A stretch of DNA of 64,000 nt. It comes from an uncultured Candidatus Binatia bacterium. Lineage in GTDB: Bacteria; Desulfobacterota; Binatia; UBA9968; JAJDTQ01. Location: assembly GCA_965215605.1 (NCBI GenBank), contig OZ244070.1, forward strand, positions 1,920,001-1,984,000, read 5' to 3'. A program made the translations under genes and the position numbers. Positions within the stretch are counted from its first letter, which is position 1. Each line of letters opens with the position of its first letter. The notes beneath the pieces are model-generated. The model was not told the origin of the DNA. It was given only the letters and a program-made list of their open reading frames with translations, and searched no databases. Below, piece by piece: positions 28,285-38,803 of this stretch.

Positions 28285-30825
28285 ATGACTCTATCTGCTT
28301 GGGGAAAGACGGATGTAGCCGAGGGCTCCACTCACCACTTGGCTCATCACTCAATGGATGTCGCTGCTGTATTCCAGCGGCTGTTGGAGTTGCCAGCGTT
28401 CAGAAGCCGCGCCGAGAAGGCAGCGGGAACGGGTTTCTCGCGCCAAACCGTCGCGCGACTAGGCGCGATCGTGTTTCTGCACGATATTGGCAAGCTCCAC
28501 CCTGCGTTTCAGGCGAAAGGCTGGCCAGAGGGATTGTGGACTCGGCCCGTGCGAGGCCATGTGCCCGAGAGCCTGGCGTTCCTGGAACTCTCCTTGCGGT
28601 CTGGGGATCATCCCTTCAGGGAAGTGACCCAATCCCTTCGACAGTGGGGCGGAGGGGTCGAGCCACTCCTCATCGCGAGTCTGTCGCACCACGGACGGCC
28701 CATTGAGCAGGGGCCTCAGGCCATGGCCGGAGATTGGCGCGAATTGCCCCACTATAACTGGCGCGTGGAGGCGATGATGATGGCCGAGGCCTTGCGGGGC
28801 TGGTTCCCGGAGGCCTTCAAGGAAGGTGGGGAGTTGCCCGAGCAGCCAGGGTTCGCGCACTTCTTCGCGGGACTCGCGGCGTTGGCCGACTGGGTCGGCT
28901 CTGACAAACGGTTCTTCGAATTCGTTGCCGTCTTCGATGGGGACTATGACCAGACGGCTCATGCCCGGGCGGAGCGTGCTGTTCTGGAGCTTGGGCTCGA
29001 CGTAGCACGTTTGCCTCGACGTCCTTCCCTTTCCTTCGCCGAGGTGACCCCGTTCGCGGAGCCGAACCCCGCTCAGGCCGTCGTTGGCAAGATCGGGAAC
29101 GATGAACGGCTGGTGATCCTCGAGGCGGAGACCGGCTCGGGCAAGACCGAGGCGGCGCTCTGGCGTTTCGCCCGGCTCTTCGCCGCGGGCCGCGTGGAAG
29201 GGCTCTATTTCGCCGTTCCCACCAGGGCGGCTGCGCGACAACTTCATGGTCGCGTCAACGCGGCGATGCGCCGGATATTCGGAGACCGCGCTCCAGAGGC
29301 GGTCCTGGCCATTCCGGGAATGCTGGCGGCGGGAAAGGCTACAGGCCAACGTCTTCCAGGGTGGAAGTTCTTGTGGGAGGACCAGCCGGGAAGCGTACCG
29401 GCACGGTGGGCCGCCGAGCATGCGACGCGCTTCCTCGCCGCCACCGTTGCGGTCGGTACCGTGGACCAAGCCATGCTGGCAGGTCTCATGGTCAAGCATG
29501 CCCATCTGAGAGGAAGCGCACTCAGCCGGAGCTTCCTCGTGATCGACGAGGTCCACGCGTCGGATGCCTACATGACCGGGGTGTTGGCACATCTTCTGGA
29601 AGCGCACCTGGCACTGGGAGGCTACGCGATGCTGATGTCCGCCACGCTGGGGTCGCGGGCGAGGATACGCTGGACGAATGAAACACCACCGGAGTTCGGC
29701 ACGGCGGTCGCGACGAATTACCCGGCGGTCTGGGTTGGCGGGGAGACAACTCCCAGGCAGGTGGAGGGCACCGGACGGTCCAAGGAGGTGCGGTTGACGG
29801 TGGACGACATGGCGCCGGAACGGGCGGCCGAGTTGGCCCTTGAAGCGGCCGGTCAAGGCGCGCGAGTCCTGGTGGTTCGTAACACCGTGAGGAAAGCCAT
29901 CGAGACGTGGGAGGCGGCGCAGAAACTCGGCGGGACCGGACGGCTTCTACAGGTGGCCGGCGGCCCCGCGCTTCACCATGGCCGTTTCGCCGCGGAAGAT
30001 CGAGAAATGTTGGATCGGGCCGTTGAGGCGGTCCTCGCACCAGACCCTCAACGTGCCCGCACGGGCGTGGTTGTCATCGGAACACAGACGCTGGAGCAGT
30101 CGCTGGACATCGACGCCGATTTTCTGATCACGGACCTTTGTCCCATCGACGTCCTGCTTCAGCGGATCGGCCGGTTGCATCGCCATCCTCTGCCGCGTCC
30201 CGCGGGTTTTGACGAAGCCGCAACGGTGGTGCTGACGCCACCGGAAGGCCTCGATCGGCTAACGGCACCCGCTTTCGACAACGGTCTCGGCGCATGGGAG
30301 GACCAAGGGGAGTTTCAGGGCATCTACCGCGACTTGCCAGTGCTGGAGTTGACGAGGCGCTTGATCGGGGACGAGCCGGTCTGGCGAATCCCGGAGATGA
30401 ACAGACGGTTGGTCGAGGCCGCCACGCATCCGGAGAGGACGGAGTCTCTTCTCAAGGAGAAGGGGGAGTCGTGGGCCGGTTATGAGCGGAAGCTCGGGGG
30501 AGTCGAGGCGGCCGAGCGCGGGTTGGCACGGTTGCGGCGGCTCGACCGAGAACAGCGTTACGAAGAACTCCGTTTCCCGAGCGCTGATGAGCGTGTCATG
30601 ACCCGGCTGGGAGAAGACGGGGTGGTGTTGACGCTCGATTCCAACGCCCTGAGTCCATTTGCGAATCGCATTTCGCAAATCACACTACCCGCCCGATGGT
30701 CGGCAGGCATTTCGAAAACCGATGCGGAAACGGTTGTGGTCAGGCCTGTTTTCGGAAGGCTTGGGCTCATGGTGGGAGAACGCCAGTTCATGTACTCCCG
30801 GAAGGGCCTTGACGTTTTGTCGTGA
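28285..30825 (+). CDS. cas3: Cas3 HD nuclease/helicase (type I-E)
   Basis: FLHDIGK, SHHG, LADW, ETGSGKT, DEVH, MSAT, QRIGRLHRH. Confidence 0.96.
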   Translation: MTLSAWGKTDVAEGSTHHLAHHSMDVAAVFQRLLELPAFRSRAEKAAGTGFSRQTVARLGAIVFLHDIGKLHPAFQAKGWPEGLWTRPVRGHVPESLAFLELSLRSGDHPFREVTQSLRQWGGGVEPLLIASLSHHGRPIEQGPQAMAGDWRELPHYNWRVEAMMMAEALRGWFPEAFKEGGELPEQPGFAHFFAGLAALADWVGSDKRFFEFVAVFDGDYDQTAHARAERAVLELGLDVARLPRRPSLSFAEVTPFAEPNPAQAVVGKIGNDERLVILEAETGSGKTEAALWRFARLFAAGRVEGLYFAVPTRAAARQLHGRVNAAMRRIFGDRAPEAVLAIPGMLAAGKATGQRLPGWKFLWEDQPGSVPARWAAEHATRFLAATVAVGTVDQAMLAGLMVKHAHLRGSALSRSFLVIDEVHASDAYMTGVLAHLLEAHLALGGYAMLMSATLGSRARIRWTNETPPEFGTAVATNYPAVWVGGETTPRQVEGTGRSKEVRLTVDDMAPERAAELALEAAGQGARVLVVRNTVRKAIETWEAAQKLGGTGRLLQVAGGPALHHGRFAAEDREMLDRAVEAVLAPDPQRARTGVVVIGTQTLEQSLDIDADFLITDLCPIDVLLQRIGRLHRHPLPRPAGFDEAATVVLTPPEGLDRLTAPAFDNGLGAWEDQGEFQGIYRDLPVLELTRRLIGDEPVWRIPEMNRRLVEAATHPERTESLLKEKGESWAGYERKLGGVEAAERGLARLRRLDREQRYEELRFPSADERVMTRLGEDGVVLTLDSNALSPFANRISQITLPARWSAGISKTDAETVVVRPVFGRLGLMVGERQFMYSRKGLDVLS

Positions 30826-30937
30826 GGTGCGCTTTTCGCTATAGGAAGCAAATTCTCCTAATGAATGCCGGCTGCGTTGATTGTCCACATGAAAGCGCTA
30901 TCCACTTTGGATGCAACTGAAACATCGGAATTCGCAA

Positions 30938-32488
30938 ATGAACCTTTTGACCCACGACTTGATCTCAGCAGCGAACATGCAACGTATGTCACTTCCCGGG
31001 CTTCTGGCCGCAATGGCACGGGGTGAAGTCGCGGGATTCCCGGCACTCCGACCCCATCAGCGTCCAGCGTGGCACATGTTCCTGGTGCAGCTTGCGGCGT
31101 TGGCACTTTGGGGTGCCAAGGACGAGAAACTTCCCGACGAGGCTGAGGAGTGGACCGATCTACTGCGTAGGCTTACGCCGAATCACCCGGATGACGGCCC
31201 CTGGTGCCTCGTTGTCGAGGACTACAGCAAACCCGCCTTCCTTCAGCCGCCGGCTCCCGCGGGATTGAAGTGGTCGCCGGTGCCGACGCCGGACGCGTTG
31301 GACCTCCTCATCACGGCACGCAACCACGACCTCAAGCAATACGTCGCCCGCGACGTTGAACCCGAAGACTGGCTGTTCGCCCTCGTATCCGTTCAGACCT
31401 CCGCCGGCTACGACGGCAGGGACAACTATGGCGTTGCCCGGATGAACGGTGGGTCTTCCAGCCGCCCCATGCTGGGACTCGTCCCGGTGCATGCAAAGAC
31501 CTACAGGCTCGATCCGAGCAAGTGGTGGCGTCGGGATGTCGAGAGGCTTCTGTTTGAACGACGCGCGGGTAACGGTCCCGAATTTGGTTGCGAGGGTGGC
31601 CTTGCCCTTCTCTGGTGCCATGACTGGCCGGAAGGACGCCAACTTGACCTCCGCACCCTCGATCCGTGGTTCATCGAGGTCTGCCGACGAGTTCGTCTTG
31701 TTGGGAGCAGTCAGCTACTCTCCGCCGTCAAGGCGGGATCAAAGGCCGCCCGAATCGATGCGAAGATGTACCATGGCCATGTCGGAGATCCGTGGGCGCC
31801 GGTGCACATCGATGACGGCAAGAGCCTGACGCTGGGCGGCGGTGACTTCCACTACAAGAAGTTGGCGGAGCTACTGTTCGAGGGGAAATGGAAGTTGCCC
31901 CTCTTGGCAACACCCGGGACCAACGAAACCGCAGCGGGCAGCCTGCTCGTTGCCGAGGCACTTTCCCGCGGGAACAGCAAAACGAAAGGCTTCAAGAGCC
32001 GCATCGTCCCCATGCCGGATAGTGCCGTTCGGCTCTTCCGAACCGACGTAGCCGGGAGGACATCACAGGTTCAACTGGACGAGATCAAGGCCTTCGATGA
32101 AGGTTTGCGCAACGCTATAGCGCTCTTGGCCGGACGAGGTGATTGGGAACAGGTCCGCCAGGACCAGTATGCGAGGTCGAGATCAGCGAGGGAGCGTTTC
32201 GACCGCGTCGCTGACCGGATGTTTTTCCCCTACCTTTGGCAACGAATCCAGGCGGCAGATTCAGGTGACGTTGAGGCGGAGGAACGGACCCGGCGCGCGT
32301 TCCAGCGCACTCTCTTCGACGCCGCCAACGCGGAACTGGAAGGCGCAATGTCCAGCGTCCCTTGCGCGACCTTGCAGCGCCCGAAGGCGGAAGCGCGGGC
32401 TCGTCGGGCGTTCCTTTCCCGAGTATGGAAGCTCGACCCGCAACTTCACCAAACCGGGAGGCAGGAGGATGTCGATGCCGAAGACTGA
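30938..32488 (+). CDS. cas8e: Cascade large subunit Cas8e (Cse1/CasA)
   Basis: LRPHQRPAWHMFLVQL, PAFLQPP, ARMNGG, RGNSKT; position after cas3. Confidence 0.88.
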   Translation: MNLLTHDLISAANMQRMSLPGLLAAMARGEVAGFPALRPHQRPAWHMFLVQLAALALWGAKDEKLPDEAEEWTDLLRRLTPNHPDDGPWCLVVEDYSKPAFLQPPAPAGLKWSPVPTPDALDLLITARNHDLKQYVARDVEPEDWLFALVSVQTSAGYDGRDNYGVARMNGGSSSRPMLGLVPVHAKTYRLDPSKWWRRDVERLLFERRAGNGPEFGCEGGLALLWCHDWPEGRQLDLRTLDPWFIEVCRRVRLVGSSQLLSAVKAGSKAARIDAKMYHGHVGDPWAPVHIDDGKSLTLGGGDFHYKKLAELLFEGKWKLPLLATPGTNETAAGSLLVAEALSRGNSKTKGFKSRIVPMPDSAVRLFRTDVAGRTSQVQLDEIKAFDEGLRNAIALLAGRGDWEQVRQDQYARSRSARERFDRVADRMFFPYLWQRIQAADSGDVEAEERTRRAFQRTLFDAANAELEGAMSSVPCATLQRPKAEARARRAFLSRVWKLDPQLHQTGRQEDVDAED

Positions 32489-33053
32489 CGACGTGAACCA
32501 GAGTGCGGTCGCCGCGGCCCGGATGCTGCAAGGGCTTGAACCGGGACCATTGGCCGAACTGCGCCGGATGGAAACCGGCGCGGGGGCGGCCGGGTTCTGG
32601 CGCCTGGCAGCGCAGCATCCCGAAACCATCGGACGCGACCAGGAGCCATGGATGGCCATCATCCGCATCATGGCCATCCTGACTACCAGGGGCGAGCCGG
32701 CGTCACGCCGGCCTTTGCATGACGCCAAGCGGCGTTTGGGCGCGGTATTGTGTGACGGCGGCGATCCAGGTTGGCCGGGGTCCGCGCCACCCCGCGCGGT
32801 ACTGAGCGAGCCTCGCCTCGGACGGCTCATTGCCTCCCGTGGCAAACAGCGCGCGGTGTTGTTGACCCGCGCCGTGCGCGCCATCGCCCGCACCCGGCAG
32901 CCAGACAGCGGGGTCAACGTCACCGACATCGCCTGGGCATTGCTGGATTCGGATTCCGACCGTAGCGGGCGTCAGCTCGCTGAACCGTACTACCGCCGGC
33001 TGGACCGGGCCGAGCGCGAACACCGAACCGACGAAGAAGGAGCCAAAGAATGA
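32475..33053 (+). CDS. cse2: Cascade small subunit Cse2 (Cas11)
   Basis: GPLAELRR, LSEPRLGRL, LAEPYYR; AGGAGG RBS; operon position. Confidence 0.85.
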   Translation: MPKTDDVNQSAVAAARMLQGLEPGPLAELRRMETGAGAAGFWRLAAQHPETIGRDQEPWMAIIRIMAILTTRGEPASRRPLHDAKRRLGAVLCDGGDPGWPGSAPPRAVLSEPRLGRLIASRGKQRAVLLTRAVRAIARTRQPDSGVNVTDIAWALLDSDSDRSGRQLAEPYYRRLDRAEREHRTDEEGAKE

Positions 33054-34168
33054 CCGCACCCCGTTTTCTCCAGATCCATACGCTGAGCCCCTATACCGGC
33101 GCTCTCCTGAACCGCGATGACGCGGGGCTGGCCAAGCGCCTGCCCTATGGAGACGTGCTGCGCACGCGCGTTTCGTCCCAGTGCCTCAAGCGTCACTGGG
33201 CGAAAGCGGACGACCCGCACGCGCTTACCCGGATTGACGGGGCGGAAGCCGCCTATCGTTCCCGTGAGTTGGTGACACATAAGGTCGTTGACCCGTTGCG
33301 CGATCATTTCCCGGACGACGTGGTCAACGCACTGGAGCCCGAAGTGCAGCAGGCCGTGTACGGCGACAAGGGTACGACAAAAAAGGGCCGCCAGACGCTC
33401 CTGTTGGGCGCGCCGGAAATCGCCTGGCTGTCCAGGGAAGCGGAGCGTTTGGCCAAGGAGGCCAACGGCGACGCCGACGCGGCCAAGAAAGGGGCAGCGG
33501 ATTGGAGGAAGACGTTCCAGGCCAACATCAAAGCCATGCGCGAGGGCGCGACGCTCCCCGCGGGACTTACGGCGGCGTTGTTCGGACGTATGGTGACCTC
33601 TGATCCCGGCGCCAATATCACCGCGCCGGTCCACGTCGCCCACGCATTCACGGTGCACGGGGAGGAGGCGGAGAGCGACTACTTCACGGCCGTGGACGAC
33701 TTGTCCGAGGATGAGCCTGGAGCCGATACCATCCAGGAGACCGAGCTGACCTCGGGTCTGTTCTACGGCTACGTCGTCGTCGACCTGCCGCTCCTGATCG
33801 AGAATCTCAACGATGTCGAGTTGGCGGGCGCCGTCCTTCACAATCTCATCTATCTCATCGCCGAGGTTTCTCCGGGCGCTAAGCTCGGCTCTACAGCTCC
33901 CTACGGCCGGGCCTCTTTGGTGTTGCTGGAGGCCGGCGACCGGCAACCCCGTTCCTTGGCCGAGGCGTACCGTCGTCCTTGCAGGCCGGATACCGCGGCT
34001 GCCGCCGACGCCATGCGGGCGTACCTGACTCGGCTCGACGAGGCGTACGACACAGGCGAAGAGAGGCAGGTAATGACTCTGGTCGACGTGGAGCTTCCTC
34101 GTGTGCAACGGGGCTCCCTCTCAACTCTGGCCAACTGGGCGAAGACGTTGCCGGGAGGCCTCGGATGA
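33050..34168 (+). CDS. cas7: Cas7 (Cse4)
   Basis: LLNRDDAGLAK, RVSSQCLKR, ALFGRM, VAHAFT, DYFTAVDDL. Confidence 0.96.
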   Translation: MTAPRFLQIHTLSPYTGALLNRDDAGLAKRLPYGDVLRTRVSSQCLKRHWAKADDPHALTRIDGAEAAYRSRELVTHKVVDPLRDHFPDDVVNALEPEVQQAVYGDKGTTKKGRQTLLLGAPEIAWLSREAERLAKEANGDADAAKKGAADWRKTFQANIKAMREGATLPAGLTAALFGRMVTSDPGANITAPVHVAHAFTVHGEEAESDYFTAVDDLSEDEPGADTIQETELTSGLFYGYVVVDLPLLIENLNDVELAGAVLHNLIYLIAEVSPGAKLGSTAPYGRASLVLLEAGDRQPRSLAEAYRRPCRPDTAAAADAMRAYLTRLDEAYDTGEERQVMTLVDVELPRVQRGSLSTLANWAKTLPGGLG

Positions 34169-34878
34169 GTCACAAGTGGCTCGTCGTGCGCCTTGAGGCG
34201 CCGCTGATTGCCTTCGGCGGCGTCGCCGTGGACCAGGAGGGTCCCACACGAGATTTTCCAGCGGCTTCGATGCTCACCGGCCTTGCGGCCAACGCCTTCG
34301 GACTGCATTGGTCCGACCGCGCCGCGCACCAAGCCTTGCAGGACCGGCTGATCTTCGCCGCGCGGCGTGAACGTGAGCCGCGTGCGTCGGGCGTCGTCAC
34401 GGACGTGCAGAACGTACAGCTTAACAAGGCGGACAAGGGCTGGACGACTTTCGGTGTACCGGAGGGACGTGACGGGGCAAACCATCGCGCCCCGCATCGT
34501 CGTACCCGGCACTACCTGGCAGACCAGGCGGTGCGGGTCGTCCTGCGCTTCCACCCGGCGGAGCCCCACCCGACCCTGGAAGCGTTGGCCGAGGCGCTCG
34601 ACCGTCCGGCTCGCCCGCTCTTTATCGGACGCAAACCATGCCTTCCCTCGTGCCGTCTAGTGGACGGATGGGTCGATGGGGACACGGCCCATGAGGCTCT
34701 ATGCGCAGTTCCGGGCTTGGGGACTTTCCGGGCCTTGTGGCCCGCGCGCGAGGGGCCGGAGACCGGCGACGAGGTAGAGCGCGTCATCGATCTCGCCGAC
34801 ATGCGGAACTGGCGGACGGGGCTGCACGGGGGATCGCGGCAGGTCGTGGAAGGACGTGTGAAGGGAGCGGATTCATGA
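34165..34878 (+). CDS. cas5: Cas5e
   Basis: LEAPLIAFG, FPAASMLTGL, RHYLAD, LFIGRKPCLP. Confidence 0.95.
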   Translation: MSHKWLVVRLEAPLIAFGGVAVDQEGPTRDFPAASMLTGLAANAFGLHWSDRAAHQALQDRLIFAARREREPRASGVVTDVQNVQLNKADKGWTTFGVPEGRDGANHRAPHRRTRHYLADQAVRVVLRFHPAEPHPTLEALAEALDRPARPLFIGRKPCLPSCRLVDGWVDGDTAHEALCAVPGLGTFRALWPAREGPETGDEVERVIDLADMRNWRTGLHGGSRQVVEGRVKGADS

Positions 34879-35660
34879 AACCTCTGTTCCTGATCCGTAT
34901 GCCCGTAGCCATGGACAAGCTGGCGCTCTGTGCGGGAGAGCGCGGTTGGCTGCGGCATCGTGACCGCGTGGCGGGTTTCGATGAAGGTCGCGCCCTTCAT
35001 CACCTGCTGGATGAAACGTTCAGCCCGGGGGCGCTGCGTCCGTTTCGCTTGCTGGTGGCCGGTCGCCAAACCGTGGGAAGCCTCTACGGTTATTGTGTGA
35101 GCGACGTTGACAGCCTGCGCGAAGACAGTCGTATCCACGCTCCTCCCGAGCATCTGAGCGTTCTGAGGCTCGAACGCCTGGAGGGCAAACCGATGCCGAG
35201 CGCATGGACGGAAGGGTGGCGGCTTGGTTTCGATGTGCGGGCGAGGCCCGTTCGAAGGCTGAAGAACGACCTCGTGGACGGTCAGACGGCGTTCCACAAG
35301 GGGGCGGAAGTCGACGCCTTTCGGGTGGAAGCATTGCGCCGATATCCGGACAACCCGGAAGGCATGGAACAGCATGGCCAAACGAGAGAAGGTGTCTATC
35401 TCGACTGGCTTGCGGACCGGCTGGCACCGGCGGCAGAACTCGACCGCGATGCGACGCGACTGGTCCGTTTCCAGCGGGTTCGGGTCTCGCGCGGCAGCGG
35501 GGGACCCGAAGGGCCGGACGCAACCTTCCATGGCGCGTTAACAGTCAAGGACCCCGAAAGCTTCGCGACGTTGCTTGCCAAGGGCGTCGGGCGGCATCGA
35601 GCCTATGGTTACGGCATGCTTCTCCTTCGCCCGGCTTCGAAGCCCGCACCGAGGCGATGA
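34875..35660 (+). CDS. cas6e: Cas6e (Cse3)
   Basis: C-terminal GVGRHRAYGYGMLLL glycine-rich loop. Confidence 0.95.
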   Translation: MKPLFLIRMPVAMDKLALCAGERGWLRHRDRVAGFDEGRALHHLLDETFSPGALRPFRLLVAGRQTVGSLYGYCVSDVDSLREDSRIHAPPEHLSVLRLERLEGKPMPSAWTEGWRLGFDVRARPVRRLKNDLVDGQTAFHKGAEVDAFRVEALRRYPDNPEGMEQHGQTREGVYLDWLADRLAPAAELDRDATRLVRFQRVRVSRGSGGPEGPDATFHGALTVKDPESFATLLAKGVGRHRAYGYGMLLLRPASKPAPRR

Positions 35661-36544
35661 TGCTCAAGGGTCGGCTCGGTCTCGACAGCGCGAGGGTCCC
35701 CCACGGTGATCGCGCCGGGCTCCTCTACCTGGCGCGGGGTGCGTTGACCGCTCGGGACGGGACGCTGGCATTCCTCCAGGGCGAGGCAACCAACGCGGAC
35801 GCGTTGTCGCCCGGAGATTATGCCATCCCGCTCCAAGGGATATCCATGATACTCCTGGGTCCCGGCTCCACCGTGAGCCACGACGCCTTGCGACTCCTCG
35901 CGCGTGCCCGCACGGCACTGGCTGCGATAGGCGAAGACGGAGTCCGGATGTACACGGCCCCGCCTCTGATTCCGGATCGTTCGGGCCTTGCCCGGACCCA
36001 GGCCCGCCTATGGGCGGATGACAAGAAGCGACTGGACATCGCGCGACGCATGTACGCGTGGAGGTTGGGCGAAGTGCTGCCGCATCGCGATTTCGACGTG
36101 CTTCGCGGGATTGAAGGCGCGCGCATGAAGCAGTCTTATCGTCTCCTCGCCCAGCAGATCGGGGTCGAATGGAAGGGTCGGCATTATGACCGTGCCCGCC
36201 CTGACGCTGCCGACCTCCCCAATCAAGCCCTGAATCATGCCTCGAGCGCCGTCGAGGCCGCTGCGGCGATCGCCGTGGCTTCGACGGGTACGGTCCCGCA
36301 ACTCGGCTTCATACACGAAGACCCGGGCCAGTCTTTCGTCCTCGACATTGCCGATCTTTACCGGGACAACGTAACCATCCCGTGCGCCTTTCGGGCGGCC
36401 AAGCGCGTCTCTGAGCGACCCTTTGAAAACATCGAACGTACGACCCGCCGCATGACCGGCGAAACTTTGGCGCGCGAGAGAATCATCCCGGCGATGATCG
36501 ATCGAATCAAGTCGGTGTTCGAGCAGGCCGACTCGAAAGCATGA
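35657..36544 (+). CDS. cas1: Cas1 (type I-E)
   Basis: LGPGSTVSHDA, LRGIEGAR, PQLGFIH, SFVLDIADL. Confidence 0.96.
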   Translation: MMLKGRLGLDSARVPHGDRAGLLYLARGALTARDGTLAFLQGEATNADALSPGDYAIPLQGISMILLGPGSTVSHDALRLLARARTALAAIGEDGVRMYTAPPLIPDRSGLARTQARLWADDKKRLDIARRMYAWRLGEVLPHRDFDVLRGIEGARMKQSYRLLAQQIGVEWKGRHYDRARPDAADLPNQALNHASSAVEAAAAIAVASTGTVPQLGFIHEDPGQSFVLDIADLYRDNVTIPCAFRAAKRVSERPFENIERTTRRMTGETLARERIIPAMIDRIKSVFEQADSKA

Positions 36545-36554
36545 GAGGCCGAAA

Positions 36555-36848
36555 ATGCCGATGACTATCGTCGTGACACGCGACGTTGAGGCCCGTTATC
36601 GCGGGTTTCTCACGTCAGTCATGCTGGAGGTCGCCCCCGGTGTGTATGTTGCCCCTGACCTGTCGGCGGGCGTACGCCAACGTGTCTGGGACGTTGTCGA
36701 GGCCTGGTGGTGGTCTCTTGGCCGCGGGACGATCGTAATGGTCTGGCGTGACGTGGCCGCCTCAGGACACCTGCGGATCGAGACTCTCGGAGAGCCGCCT
36801 AAAGAGATTGTCGATGCCGACGGCGTTCTACTCTTGAAGCGAAATTGA
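36555..36848 (+). CDS. cas2: Cas2 (type I-E), no DnaQ fusion
   Basis: RYRGFLTSVMLEVAPGVYV, VRQRVW, DADGVLL. Confidence 0.95.
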   Translation: MPMTIVVTRDVEARYRGFLTSVMLEVAPGVYVAPDLSAGVRQRVWDVVEAWWWSLGRGTIVMVWRDVAASGHLRIETLGEPPKEIVDADGVLLLKRN

Positions 36849-36909
36849 GGGGCGATCTTCGTTCCCTTGTTCTTTGAAAACTCGTAATATCAACGGGTTA
36901 GGTACAAGG
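36849..36909 (+). promoter_or_regulatory. CRISPR leader with IHF site
   Basis: AT-rich 61 bp; TATCAA-CGGG-TTA (36888-36900) fits WATCAANNNNTTR. Confidence 0.75.
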
Positions 36910-37780
36910 GGTTCCCCCGCATGCGCGGGGATAGACCCAACGGCCTCGCGGCCTGGGCTTACGCCTGTCAGGTTCCCCCGCATGCGCGGGGATAGACCCG
37001 AGTGATGCCAGTGGGCATCCCTGACGTCATTGGTTCCCCCGCATGCGCGGGGATAGACCCCTCGAGGCTCAAACATGGAGCGAGATTATCGCGGTTCCCC
37101 CGCATGCGCGGGGATAGACCCCCACCATTCTTGGCGGCCGCTTGGGTATTCGAGGTTCCCCCGCATGCGCGGGGATAGACCTCTACGCCGTCTCAACGTG
37201 CCAGCTTCGATAGTGGTTCCCCCGCATGCGCGGGGATAGACCCCCCTAGAGCCCAGCTTCGAGGCTACGCCAAACGGTTCCCCCGCATGCGCGGGGATAG
37301 ACCCCAGTCTCGCATTTCGGTATCCCCCATGCGACCGGTTCCCCCGCATGCGCGGGGATAGACCCCCGACGTGGCGCCCCAGGGCCTCGGACGCCTTGGT
37401 TCCCCCGCATGCGCGGGGATAGACCCCCAGCCACCGCCGGCGTGAATCTGGTCCGGGGGGTTCCCCCGCATGCGCGGGGATAGACCCCGGGAAAGGAAAC
37501 GCCATGACAACACCTGCCCGGTTCCCCCGCATGCGCGGGGATAGACCCTACCCGGGTGATTGAGGGGGTGGTGGGCAAGCGGTTCCCCCGCATGCGCGGG
37601 GATAGACCCTCTGACACTGTGGACTTTTGGCGGGAGCTAGAGGTTCCCCCGCATGCGCGGTGTTGGTGGCAACTGTAAATTTCCCATTTATGGCAATCGA
37701 AAACTGCACACATTGATTGCTGGCGTGAGTGCTCGGGTCCAGGCTGTTGGCAAGACCAACAGGAACGGAGCGGAGCACAG

Positions 37781-38803
37781 ATGCACGGATGGGAGACGAG
37801 GATGCTGCTTAGGCACTATCTGGAACGGGGTGTAACGAAGACGGAGCTGTCGCGGCGGTTCGGGGTGAGTCGCCGGACGATCCACGAGTGGATCGAGACA
37901 GGACAGTTGGACCGGGATCTGTCGGGAGGCGGGACGCGATACAGGGCGAGGCCGCCGGTGTGTCACAAGCTGGATCCGTACAAGGGGATCATCGAGGCGC
38001 GACTGGAGGAGTATCCGCGGTTGTCGGCGAAGCGGCTGTACGACGAGGTACGAGGGGCAGGCTACACGGGCGGGTACGTCCGTGTGAGGGAGTACGTTCG
38101 GGCGGTGCGGCCAAGGGAGCCGGCGGAGGCGGTGGTGCGGTTCGAGACGCCGGCGGGACGGCAGGGGCAGGTGGACTTTGCGACGTTCACGCTTCCCTGG
38201 GGGCGGCGGCATGCTTTGGTGATGGTTCTGAGCCACTCCCGGCTGTTGTGGCTGCGGTTTTACCGGCGGCAGACGATGGCAGTGCTGATCGAAGGGCTGG
38301 AGAGCGCCTTCGAGTGCTTCGGCGGGGTGCCGCAGGAGCTCTTGTTCGACCAGATGCGGACGGTGGTGCTGTCGGACGGCCGCGCGGGCGGGGGCGAGTT
38401 GGTGTTGAACGCGGACTTCTTGCGGTTCGCCGCGCACTGGGGGTTCCGGCCTCGGGCATGCCGGCCGTACCGAGCCCAAACCAAGGGCAAGGTGGAGCGG
38501 CCGATCCGCTACATCCGCAACAACTTCTTCTACGGCCGGGAGTTCCTGAACGACGAGGACCTGAACGAGCAGGCGCGCTTGTGGCTTGAGGGAACCGCGA
38601 ACCGGCGCTGGCACGGCACCACCAGGGAGCGCCCGGTGGACCGCTTCGAGCGCGACGAGCAGCAGGCGCTGCTGCCGTTGGCGAGTTGCCCGTATCGGCG
38701 CCTTGGTATGCACAGGCTTCCACAGCAAGCCCGGCGCCCCCTGCCCGTCACCGTAGACGTCGAGCGGCGCTCGCTCAGGGTCTACGCGGAGGCGGTGTCA
38801 TGA
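37781..38803 (+). CDS. istA: IS21 transposase IstA
   Basis: RFETPAGRQGQVDF, FGGVPQELLFD, CRPYRAQTKGKVER. Confidence 0.95.
   Translation: MHGWETRMLLRHYLERGVTKTELSRRFGVSRRTIHEWIETGQLDRDLSGGGTRYRARPPVCHKLDPYKGIIEARLEEYPRLSAKRLYDEVRGAGYTGGYVRVREYVRAVRPREPAEAVVRFETPAGRQGQVDFATFTLPWGRRHALVMVLSHSRLLWLRFYRRQTMAVLIEGLESAFECFGGVPQELLFDQMRTVVLSDGRAGGGELVLNADFLRFAAHWGFRPRACRPYRAQTKGKVERPIRYIRNNFFYGREFLNDEDLNEQARLWLEGTANRRWHGTTRERPVDRFERDEQQALLPLASCPYRRLGMHRLPQQARRPLPVTVDVERRSLRVYAEAVS

Noticed and set aside
30826-30937. AT-rich cas3-cas8e gap as a CreTA-like RNA
   Set aside because: No repeat-like sequence; more likely an ordinary internal promoter region.
37182-37275. Spacers 5 and 6 share CCAGCTTCGA and CTACGCC
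   Set aside because: Short and in different order; no evidence of duplication or overlap.
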